From: a bacterium
GTDB taxonomy: Bacteria > Patescibacteriota > Minisyncoccia > Phycocordibacterales > UBA9973
Length of the DNA stretch: 64,000 bases
Assembly (NCBI GenBank): GCA_021824345.1
Contig: JAKAKW010000002.1
Location: forward strand, 22,552 to 86,551
Reading direction: 5' to 3'
Below the pieces are notes generated by a model. That model was not told the DNA's origin. It made no database searches and saw only the letters and a program-made list of their open reading frames with translations. This document shows positions 54,050 to 62,602 of this stretch, in pieces. Made by a program: the position numbers and the translations under genes. Positions within the stretch are counted from its first letter, which is position 1. Each line of letters begins with the position of its first letter.

Positions 54050-55369
54050 ATGCCAGAGAAAGAAATGCCGGTTCCGCTTTCCGTTGAAGACAAAGCCCTT
54101 ATCGAACGAGTGGCCAAAGACGCCGTACGCAATCTTGAGAAATGCTACCAGCCGGGTTTCGGCGTTTTTCCCACAGGCGACCCGAATGACGTTTTTTACA
54201 ACATGCTCTGGTCTCGCGATTTCTCTCATGCCGGCGGATATTTTGCTGTTGGAAATATCAATGCCCTTCTGGATTCATTAAACACGATTTTTTCTTTTCA
54301 GAAGAAGGACGGATCTTTGCCATACAGAGTTGAGAAAAAGAGATTCATACTTGAGTACTTCCTTCGCGTTTTGTTCGGGATTGACCCCGGCGCCTTGAGG
54401 AAAATCGGGATTGACTTTGTGACCAGAAGGAAAAAGAGGCCCATATATGAAGGAGAACGAGGTAATAATGCGGAAGATACCATTCCTTCCGTAATTTCGT
54501 CAATCGGGGAATTTTTTATGGCTTCCAAAGAGAGAAGAGAGTTTGCGGAGAATAATTATGAAAAGATCAGGTTGGCCATTGAAAATTTCATAAAAAGGAT
54601 CGATCCGGAAGACGGCCTGGAAAGCTCTGGGGTGAATAATCCAGATTGGGCGGACAGCATAAAACGCGGAGGAAAAAAATTAAGTACGGTAAACATTCGT
54701 TGGGAAATCGCTCTGGAGAGGGCTGAAAAAATTTCGGCGGAGCTGGGAATGGGGGAAGCGAAAAAATACGATGCGCTGGCAAAAAAAGCAAGGAAAGGAA
54801 TAATGGACAAATTATATAACGAGAAGGATCACTATTTCAGAACCGGAGAAGGGGAAGAAAGAATGGATGCCGTTGCGTCAATTCTCGGCTGCCTTCATAT
54901 CTTGCCGGTGGAAGAATCTGTAAGAGTGCAGGAGTCAATGAGGAAGCGCTTGTCCTGCAAGTCCGGCCTAAGAAATTTTTATCCTCCATATCCCAAAAAA
55001 CGCCTTTCCTTTATCCTGCGTATCATCGGCATGGGCGGATATCACAATGAAGCGGTGTGGCCCTGGGTTGCCGCGGTCAATATCCATGCAAAAATTAAAA
55101 TAGCGCAAGAACATCCGGACAAGGAAGTCAGAGAGCAATACAGAAATGAATCAGTGCGGGACTTGCTCAACCTTGCCGCGCTTTTTGAGTCAGCCGGGGG
55201 AGCTTATGAAGTATTCGACCCCGACAGGCCCGAGCAATATCGGAAGCTTCGGACCGGAATAATGAAGTATCAGGTTCCAAAGAATTTCATGGGAAACCTC
55301 GCTTCTTATCAGAGCGTTTATCATCGTTTAAAAAAGCTGGGCTGGATTTCCAGCGACATATCAAAATGA
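54050..55369 (+). CDS. (alpha/alpha)6-barrel glycoside hydrolase candidate (debranching enzyme / GH63-like)
   Basis: GDPNDVFYNMLWSRD and later acidic motifs. Weak family-level call. Confidence 0.4.
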   Translation: MPEKEMPVPLSVEDKALIERVAKDAVRNLEKCYQPGFGVFPTGDPNDVFYNMLWSRDFSHAGGYFAVGNINALLDSLNTIFSFQKKDGSLPYRVEKKRFILEYFLRVLFGIDPGALRKIGIDFVTRRKKRPIYEGERGNNAEDTIPSVISSIGEFFMASKERREFAENNYEKIRLAIENFIKRIDPEDGLESSGVNNPDWADSIKRGGKKLSTVNIRWEIALERAEKISAELGMGEAKKYDALAKKARKGIMDKLYNEKDHYFRTGEGEERMDAVASILGCLHILPVEESVRVQESMRKRLSCKSGLRNFYPPYPKKRLSFILRIIGMGGYHNEAVWPWVAAVNIHAKIKIAQEHPDKEVREQYRNESVRDLLNLAALFESAGGAYEVFDPDRPEQYRKLRTGIMKYQVPKNFMGNLASYQSVYHRLKKLGWISSDISK

Positions 55370-56484
55370 AAATTGCTTATTTCAACGGCTCATTCAAGAA
55401 AGAGGACGGCGTGGTGAGGGTTATTTTGGCGCTGGTGGAGCAGGCAAAAAAACAGGGAGTGGAGACGGCAATAGTCGCAACCAAGTCAAAAGACACTGAA
55501 GTCTCTCCGGTTCCATTAATGGAGATAAATTCGGTGGAAATTCCTTTCTATAGGGATTACTCCCTGGCTTTTCCCGGGATCAAAGGTTTTGAAAAAAAGC
55601 TTGACGAATGGAAGCCGGATATTATCCACATAAACAGCCCCGATACTGTCGGATGGGCTGGTTTGAAATATGCGAAAAAAAATAATATTCCCATAGTGGC
55701 CACTTTTCACACGTATTTTTCTCGATACCTCAGATATTATCACCTATCATTTGCCGAGTCCTTCGCATGGCATCTTCAAAAAAAACTTTATAAGCGCGTC
55801 AGTTTTACTACCGCTCCCTCAACCTCCACGGCCGAAGATATAAAAAAGCACGGCGTACCGAACGTGTATCCGGTTCCCTGGGGCGTGGATTTCAAAAGTT
55901 TTAACCCCGCCTTTCGGTCCCAAGAGTGGCGAACGAAAATTTTCGGGGAAAGCAACAAGGAAAAAGCGATAATACTCTGCATATGTCGGCTGGTATCATA
56001 TAAAGATACCCGGATTCTCTCCGAGGTATACAAGCTCCTTAAGAAAAACAATAAAGATTTTTCTATGGTAATTGCGGGCAACGGACCGGAAAAAGAAAAA
56101 ATGAAATCCGCGATGCCGGAAGCCATTTTTCTCGGGCATCTTGAAGGCAAGGAACTTTCCGAGGCGTACGCTTCGTCAGATATTTTTCTTTTTCCGTCCC
56201 AAACGGAAACATTCGGAAATGTGAATGTGGAAGCCATTGCGTCCGGCCTGCCGCTGGTGGTGGCGAATTCCGGAGGTCCGGCAATGTTTGTCCAACGAGG
56301 CAACGGGTTTGCCGTCCGCCCGGGAGATGCAAATGATTTTTATGAAAAAGTATGCGTAATTTTAGATGATCAAGATTTGCGAAGAAAAATGAGCCAAGCC
56401 AGCCTGGAATACTCCAAGCAGTTCACCTGGGAAAAGACTTTCAGCGAACTGATGTCTCTATATTCGAAGTTTTTAAAAAAATAA
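55366..56484 (+). CDS. GT4-family glycosyltransferase
   Basis: C-terminal domain EAIASGLPLVVANSGGPAMFV and FPSQTETFGNV (E-x7-E motif). Confidence 0.75.
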   Translation: MKIAYFNGSFKKEDGVVRVILALVEQAKKQGVETAIVATKSKDTEVSPVPLMEINSVEIPFYRDYSLAFPGIKGFEKKLDEWKPDIIHINSPDTVGWAGLKYAKKNNIPIVATFHTYFSRYLRYYHLSFAESFAWHLQKKLYKRVSFTTAPSTSTAEDIKKHGVPNVYPVPWGVDFKSFNPAFRSQEWRTKIFGESNKEKAIILCICRLVSYKDTRILSEVYKLLKKNNKDFSMVIAGNGPEKEKMKSAMPEAIFLGHLEGKELSEAYASSDIFLFPSQTETFGNVNVEAIASGLPLVVANSGGPAMFVQRGNGFAVRPGDANDFYEKVCVILDDQDLRRKMSQASLEYSKQFTWEKTFSELMSLYSKFLKK

Positions 56485-56529
56485 AAATGCCCTCCTTTTA
56501 AATGGCATTTTTGTGTTAACATATTCCAT

Positions 56530-57243
56530 ATGAAAATCCTCTACGAAGACGAAGACGTACTGGCCGTAGAAAAGCCCTCCGGGCTCATGGTGCATCCGGA
56601 TGGCCGCAGTTCTGAACCCGCTGTGACCGATTGGGTTTTGAAGCATTATCCGGAATTGAAAGGAGTGGGGGAGCCGGTGACATTCGGGGAGGAGGAAATA
56701 GACCGCCCCGGGATAGTGCACCGGCTGGACCGCGAAACTTCCGGCGTTTTGCTTATTATGAAAAATCCGAAAGCCTTCGCGTATTTCAAGAAGCAGTTCA
56801 TGGAAAGGAAAATAAAGAAGAGATACGCGGCAATAGTATACGGACATGTGAAAAGCGACAGGGGGAAAGTGGACAAGCCCATCGGCCGAAGCCCTTCGGA
56901 TTTTCGCCGCAAACTTGCGGGCCGGGGCGCGAAAGGGGAGCTTCGAGAGGCCGTAACAGAATATAGCGTATTGAAAAGATTTGAAGACAAGGCCGGCGGA
57001 AAATACAGTTTCTTGGAAGTCCGCCCCCGCACCGGGCGAACCCATCAGATCCGAGTGCACATGAAATTTCTGAACCACCCGGTAGTGTGCGACTCCCTGT
57101 ATGCCTCGAAAAACGCATGTCCCTCCGAGCTTGGGCGCCTGGCGCTTCATGCGGAGTCCATAGAATTCAAAACTCCTCACGGCAAAACGGTGAAAGTGGA
57201 ATCGCCCTTGCCGGCGGAATTCAAAAAATTCTCCGGGCTATAA
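56530..57243 (+). CDS. RluA-family pseudouridine synthase
   Basis: HRLDRETSGVLLIMKN catalytic Asp motif. TGRTHQIRVH. Confidence 0.8.
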   Translation: MKILYEDEDVLAVEKPSGLMVHPDGRSSEPAVTDWVLKHYPELKGVGEPVTFGEEEIDRPGIVHRLDRETSGVLLIMKNPKAFAYFKKQFMERKIKKRYAAIVYGHVKSDRGKVDKPIGRSPSDFRRKLAGRGAKGELREAVTEYSVLKRFEDKAGGKYSFLEVRPRTGRTHQIRVHMKFLNHPVVCDSLYASKNACPSELGRLALHAESIEFKTPHGKTVKVESPLPAEFKKFSGL

Positions 57244-57267
57244 TATTGGTGCGGAGGGAAGACGGAG

Positions 57268-57308
57268 AGGGCGGAGGGTAACCCCTGCCTGCCGGCAGGC
57301 AGGCTCCG
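57268..57308. repeat. composite nested palindrome: outer family B stem GGGCGGAG...CTCCGCCC enclosing the perfect palindrome CCTGCCTGCCGGCAGGCAGG
   Basis: Seen directly upstream of the Cys-rich paralog array. Confidence 0.65.
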
Positions 57309-57345
57309 CCCTATGAATTTTCTGCAAGCGTGGTAGAGTTAATTC

Positions 57346-59097
57346 ATGCAAAGCGAAATCAGAGAATGCGCAAAGTGCGGGAAAAACTTCACCATAGAAA
57401 CGGACGATTTTGCATTTTACGAAAAGCTTGGCGTTCCTGCGCCGACATGGTGTCCTCACTGCAGATTTATTCGCAAAGCATCATTTATTAATGAGCGTTT
57501 TTTGTACAAAAGGAACTGCGGGCACTGCGGCAAGTCAATAGTTTCCATGTATCACCCGGATATCCAAATTTCTGCGTTGTGCGCGAAGTGCTATTTGAGC
57601 GATGTTTGGGATGCGCGAGACTACGGGCGGGAATATGATTTTTCAAGAAATTTCTTTGAACAATTCAAGGAGCTGAAATATGCCGTTCCTCAGCGAGCTC
57701 TTGATCAGAATGAAAGGAACGGGGAAGGCTGCGAGTATTCAAACTTATGCTATTCCAGCAAAGGCATCTATCTTTCTTATGATGTTATCGGGAGCGAATA
57801 CATTAAATATTCCAGCCACGTCCTGAAGCGCAATAAAAACTGCTTGGACAGCATGATTATCACCGGCAATGATCGCGGGTACGAACTTGTGCGCTCAGCG
57901 GATAATTTTAATTCTTCCTTTCTGGTGGATTGCGACCAATGCGTGGAATCAAATTTTTTGTATGATTGTTTGAATTGCGTAAATTGCTGCCTATCCTCTA
58001 ATCTGCGGAATAAAAGTTATTATTTTAGAAATAAGCAATTGACAAAAGAAGAATACGATAAAGCTCTGGATATGCTGAAGCTTGGAACGCATTCAGGACA
58101 ATTGAAGACAAAAAACGAATTCAAAGAAATGTCGAAGAAGGCTATCCATCGATATGCCCACATAAAAAATTGTGTTAACTCAGTGGGAGATTTACTGGAA
58201 AATTCAAAAAATATTTATCACGGTTATGCCCTTGCAGACGGGTCGGAAAACACCAAGTATGCCTATATGGGAGGAGGGGTTGCAAAAGATTCTCAAGATC
58301 TTATTTATACGGGACGAATTGAAGAATGCTATGAATTTACGTTGGGTGGCCGAGGAGGAAGCCGAATAATTTTTTCCCTGAGTTGCGCTGGCGGAAACAA
58401 GAACTTGTTTTATTGCGACAGTTGCAGAGGATGCTCCGATTGTTTTGGCTGTATTAGTCTCGTGAAAAAACAATATTGTGTCTTTAATAAACAATACTCA
58501 AAAGAGGAATATGGCGCCCTGGTGGAAAAAATAAAAAAACACATGTGTGAAATGCCGTATATAGATATGAAAGGCATGGTATATAAATTCGGAGAGTGTT
58601 TCCCGACAGAAATATCTATATTTGCCTACAATGAAACTATTGCATTTGAAGAAACACCTCTTTCTAAAGAAGAATCGCTTGCCGAAGGATATAGATGGAG
58701 GGAAACGGAAGAAAAGAAATATACAGCCACTGTGCAAGCTGAAAACTTGCCGGATAATATTAATGATGTGAAAGACGGTATTTGTAATGAAACTCTGGAG
58801 TGTCCGAATAAGGGGACAATGGAAACCCAATGCACTTCCGCATACAGAATATTACCCGACGAACTCGTTTTCTATCGGCAGATGAATTTACCATTGCCCA
58901 GACTATGCCCGAACTGCCGCTATTACGAGAGAAAAAAATGGATAAATCATTTTGAATTCTATAAGCGCCAATGCATGTGCGATCTGGAAAGTCACGGCCA
59001 TGCCGGAGCTTGTCCGAATCAGTTTGAGACAATGTACGCTCCCGAGCGCCCGGAAAAGATATTCTGCGATTCGTGCTATAAAAAAGAAGTGTATTAA
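57346..59097 (+). CDS. Cys-rich protein family member P2 (583 aa)
   Basis: Paralog of P1; same N- and C-terminal zinc-ribbon modules. Confidence 0.7.
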   Translation: MQSEIRECAKCGKNFTIETDDFAFYEKLGVPAPTWCPHCRFIRKASFINERFLYKRNCGHCGKSIVSMYHPDIQISALCAKCYLSDVWDARDYGREYDFSRNFFEQFKELKYAVPQRALDQNERNGEGCEYSNLCYSSKGIYLSYDVIGSEYIKYSSHVLKRNKNCLDSMIITGNDRGYELVRSADNFNSSFLVDCDQCVESNFLYDCLNCVNCCLSSNLRNKSYYFRNKQLTKEEYDKALDMLKLGTHSGQLKTKNEFKEMSKKAIHRYAHIKNCVNSVGDLLENSKNIYHGYALADGSENTKYAYMGGGVAKDSQDLIYTGRIEECYEFTLGGRGGSRIIFSLSCAGGNKNLFYCDSCRGCSDCFGCISLVKKQYCVFNKQYSKEEYGALVEKIKKHMCEMPYIDMKGMVYKFGECFPTEISIFAYNETIAFEETPLSKEESLAEGYRWRETEEKKYTATVQAENLPDNINDVKDGICNETLECPNKGTMETQCTSAYRILPDELVFYRQMNLPLPRLCPNCRYYERKKWINHFEFYKRQCMCDLESHGHAGACPNQFETMYAPERPEKIFCDSCYKKEVY

Positions 59098-59148
59098 AGC
59101 CGTCGAGGTCTTTCCTCGGCAGTAGAATAAATGTGTCATAATAAATAA

Positions 59149-60897
59149 ATGCAAAGCGAAACCAGAAAATGCGGTTTTTGCGGAAAAGATTTTGAAATCC
59201 TGCCAAAGGACTTCGCCTTTTATGCGCAGATAAAAACCCCTCCGCCGACTTGGTGTCCGACATGCCGGTGCATGAGGCGTATGGTCCACAGGAACGAACG
59301 GCATTTATACAAGCGCACCTGCGACGTAACCGGCAAAAATATCATTTCAATATATCGCCCCGACTGTCCGTATGCGGTATGCGACAAGGATTACTATTTC
59401 TCGGAAAAGTTTGATCCGTTTTCTTATGGAGTGAAATACGATCCCGGCCGAAAATTCTTTGAACAGTTTTATGAATTCGCCAAAAAGGTTCCTCTGGCTT
59501 CGCTTTTCGTGCGCAAGTCGGAAAATTGCGCATATAACCAGGATATGGGAGGTTCAAAGAATTGCTATTTATGTTTCCGAACCCACAATTCCGAGAATAT
59601 GCTGTATACCTATCGGGGAAACCATTCCAGCTATTGCGTGGATTGTTTCCAGGCGATTGAGCACTCTGAATTTTTATATGAATGCGTCAATGTCTCTTCC
59701 TGCGGCAACAGCCGTTTCCTGCACTATTGCGAAAAGTGTTCCGACTCCGATTTTTTGTACAATTGCACGGGCTGCGTAGACTGTTTTATGTGCACAGATC
59801 TTAGAAACAAGCAGTGCTGTTTTAAAAACCAACAATATTCCCGGGAAGAATATGAAAAGATACGCGACTCGTACGGTATCCATACGCGCGCGGGCCAATC
59901 AAAAGCTCTGAAAGAATTTGAAGATTTCCTGAAAGAGCATCCGCGGAGAAACCTGACCGTCGTGAGGTCGGTAAACGTGTCAGGCGACATGATTTTTGAT
60001 TCCAAAAACTGCTCCGACGTATTTTTTGTGCGAGATCTGCAAAACTGTTCCCATATATGGGATTCCCACCGGTTCAGCGATTCCATGGACACTTATTCCG
60101 GCATGTCTACCGAGCTTACGTATGAAGCCACGGCCACTACCGGGCACAGCCACAATTGCCATTTCTGCGTAAGAGTTTATGACGGTTCTCGCGACTGCGA
60201 ATACAGTTGGTTCCTCCAGGCGTGCTCAAATTGCTTCGCCTGCGTGGGGCTTAGAAATGCGGAATACTGCATCTTTAATGTTAAATATTCCAAAGAAAAA
60301 TATGAAAAGTTGGTCGGGGAAATTAAATTGCGGATGGCGGAAGACAAGGAGTACGGAGAATTTTTTCCTCTCTATACTTCTCCTTTCCCGTATAACGATA
60401 CGGTGGCCCAGGAATTTTTCCCTTTTGATGAACAAAGCGCTACCGAGAAGAACTTGAAATGGGGCGAGATGGGAGAGAAAAACTACAAGCCTACCATTGA
60501 CGAAGAAAGTATTCCCGGGACCATAGAAGAAACCTCCGATTCTATTTTAAGCGAAGTCATCCGTTGTAATCATGAAGGGAAATGCACCCACGGTTGTACA
60601 AAGGCTTTCAACATAACCGCCGACGAGCTTTCCTTTTACAAGAGGAAAAATATTCCTATTCCAATTCTGTGCCCGAACTGCCGCCATTATCGCCGGTTGG
60701 AATATCGCAATCCCACAAGTTTGAGAAGCACGGTATGCATGTGCCAGGGGAGCAATCCAGCCGGCGGCAAATACAAAAATACTTCTACCCATTCGCACGG
60801 ACCCGCTCCCTGCGGCAAAAAAATCCAGACCGCAATCAAAGACGGTTCCGGTTATATAATTTACTGCGAGGAATGTTATAAAAAAGAAGTGTATTAA
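59149..60897 (+). CDS. Cys-rich protein family member P3 (582 aa)
   Basis: Paralog; C-terminal module partly degenerate (extra Gly/Ser-rich insert). Confidence 0.7.
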   Translation: MQSETRKCGFCGKDFEILPKDFAFYAQIKTPPPTWCPTCRCMRRMVHRNERHLYKRTCDVTGKNIISIYRPDCPYAVCDKDYYFSEKFDPFSYGVKYDPGRKFFEQFYEFAKKVPLASLFVRKSENCAYNQDMGGSKNCYLCFRTHNSENMLYTYRGNHSSYCVDCFQAIEHSEFLYECVNVSSCGNSRFLHYCEKCSDSDFLYNCTGCVDCFMCTDLRNKQCCFKNQQYSREEYEKIRDSYGIHTRAGQSKALKEFEDFLKEHPRRNLTVVRSVNVSGDMIFDSKNCSDVFFVRDLQNCSHIWDSHRFSDSMDTYSGMSTELTYEATATTGHSHNCHFCVRVYDGSRDCEYSWFLQACSNCFACVGLRNAEYCIFNVKYSKEKYEKLVGEIKLRMAEDKEYGEFFPLYTSPFPYNDTVAQEFFPFDEQSATEKNLKWGEMGEKNYKPTIDEESIPGTIEETSDSILSEVIRCNHEGKCTHGCTKAFNITADELSFYKRKNIPIPILCPNCRHYRRLEYRNPTSLRSTVCMCQGSNPAGGKYKNTSTHSHGPAPCGKKIQTAIKDGSGYIIYCEECYKKEVY

Positions 60898-60899
60898 TT

Positions 60900-62600
60900 A
60901 TGCAAAGCGAAATTCGGCAATGTGAAAAGTGCGAGCAGAGCTTCACTATTGAACCTGATGATTTCGCTTACTATAAAAAGATCGGGGTGCTTGTGCCAAA
61001 ACTGTGTCCGGTGTGCCGGGCGCGGCTACGGCTTACTTTCCGCAATGAGCGTTTCTTTTATCATCGCAAGTGCGACAGCTGCGGGAAGGAGATGATTACC
61101 ATGTACAACTCCGACAAATCTTTCCCCGTATGGTGCCATGAATGCTGGTGGAGCGATAAGCTGGATGCGGAAGATTATGGTCTGGAGTATGATCATGCCA
61201 AGCCCTTTTTTGATCAGGTAAAGGAGCTGTGGAACAAGGTTCCGAAGCTCGGCATGGTTTCCACCAACGGAGAAACTTCAAGTTTTCTGAATTATGCGGC
61301 GGATAACAAAAATTGCTACATGATCATTGAGTGTTCAAACAACGAGAATTGCATAAATTGTTACTGGATCCAGTTGTCCAAGGATCTGACAGACTGTTCT
61401 TTCACCCAAAATGTGGAGCTTTCATACGAAGTTGACGATAGTTACGATTCCAGCGGCTTGCAATATTCAAAGGGGTGTTACAACTGCCTGGACAGCGCGT
61501 TTCTTATGGACTGCCGGGGATGCTCCCACTGCCTGGGATGCGTCAATCAGCGCAATCGGCAATACTATATTTTCAACCGTCCGTATTCAAAGGAAGAGTA
61601 CGAGAAAAAGTTGGAGTCTTTACGCCTGGATACCCATTCAGGGGTGGAAGAATTCAAAAGAAGGTTCGCGGATTTTGTAAAAGACAAGCCGAGAAAATTT
61701 GCGGAGATTACCAACGTGATTAATTCCACCGGCACATATTTGAAGGATGTAAAAAATGTCAAAAATTGTTTTCATTCTTACACTGCCGAAGATTGCGCCA
61801 ACTCGGAACATGTGTGGCGGGAAGCTAAAGATTGCGTGGACTGTTCCACTGCCGGCCGTTCCGCTGAACTTGTTTTTAATACCTTAAACACCGGCTTGGG
61901 AGCTTTCGATGTGATATGCGGTTCCATGTGCTGGGGTTCGCAACATATGGAATATTCCGTATATTGTCCAAGTTCCCAATATTGCTTGGGGTGCACCGGC
62001 GCGAAGAACAAAAAATATTGCATTTTAAACAAGCAATATTCAAAAGGAGAGTATGAAAAACTGCGCGCCGAGATAGTCGCCAGATTAAAGAAAGAAGAAA
62101 TTTACGGCGATTTCTTTCCCGCCGAGCTTTCTCCGTTCGGCTACAACGAATCTTCCGCCATTGACGAATTTCCGCTTGAAAAGGAGGAGGCAATCGCGCA
62201 AGGTTTCAAGTGGGAAGATGCCGAGCGGGGGACATACGGCAAAGAAACAATAAATTGGGACAACTTTCCGGATTCTATACGCGACCTTCCTAAAGATTTT
62301 AACGTGAACAAAGAAGTGTTCGTGTGCGTAAAATGCAAAAAGAACTACCGAGTAATCGGAAACGAACTCGCCTTTTACCGCCGAATGGGAATTCCTGTTC
62401 CGCGCGAGTGTCCCGAGTGCCGGCATGTTCGCCGTTTCCGCGCTCGCGGACCGAACAAACTCTGGCGCCGGCAGTGTATGTGCAACAAAGAAAATCATGG
62501 CCATAAAGGCGTTTGTCCGAACGAATTTGAGACGAATTACGCGCCGAAAGGGCCGGATATCATATACTGCGAAAGTTGCTATAATAAAGAGGTATATTGA
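60900..62600 (+). CDS. Cys-rich protein family member P4 (566 aa)
   Basis: Paralog; retains the full second N-terminal CxxC...CxxC ribbon. Confidence 0.7.
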   Translation: MQSEIRQCEKCEQSFTIEPDDFAYYKKIGVLVPKLCPVCRARLRLTFRNERFFYHRKCDSCGKEMITMYNSDKSFPVWCHECWWSDKLDAEDYGLEYDHAKPFFDQVKELWNKVPKLGMVSTNGETSSFLNYAADNKNCYMIIECSNNENCINCYWIQLSKDLTDCSFTQNVELSYEVDDSYDSSGLQYSKGCYNCLDSAFLMDCRGCSHCLGCVNQRNRQYYIFNRPYSKEEYEKKLESLRLDTHSGVEEFKRRFADFVKDKPRKFAEITNVINSTGTYLKDVKNVKNCFHSYTAEDCANSEHVWREAKDCVDCSTAGRSAELVFNTLNTGLGAFDVICGSMCWGSQHMEYSVYCPSSQYCLGCTGAKNKKYCILNKQYSKGEYEKLRAEIVARLKKEEIYGDFFPAELSPFGYNESSAIDEFPLEKEEAIAQGFKWEDAERGTYGKETINWDNFPDSIRDLPKDFNVNKEVFVCVKCKKNYRVIGNELAFYRRMGIPVPRECPECRHVRRFRARGPNKLWRRQCMCNKENHGHKGVCPNEFETNYAPKGPDIIYCESCYNKEVY

Positions 62601-62602
62601 CT

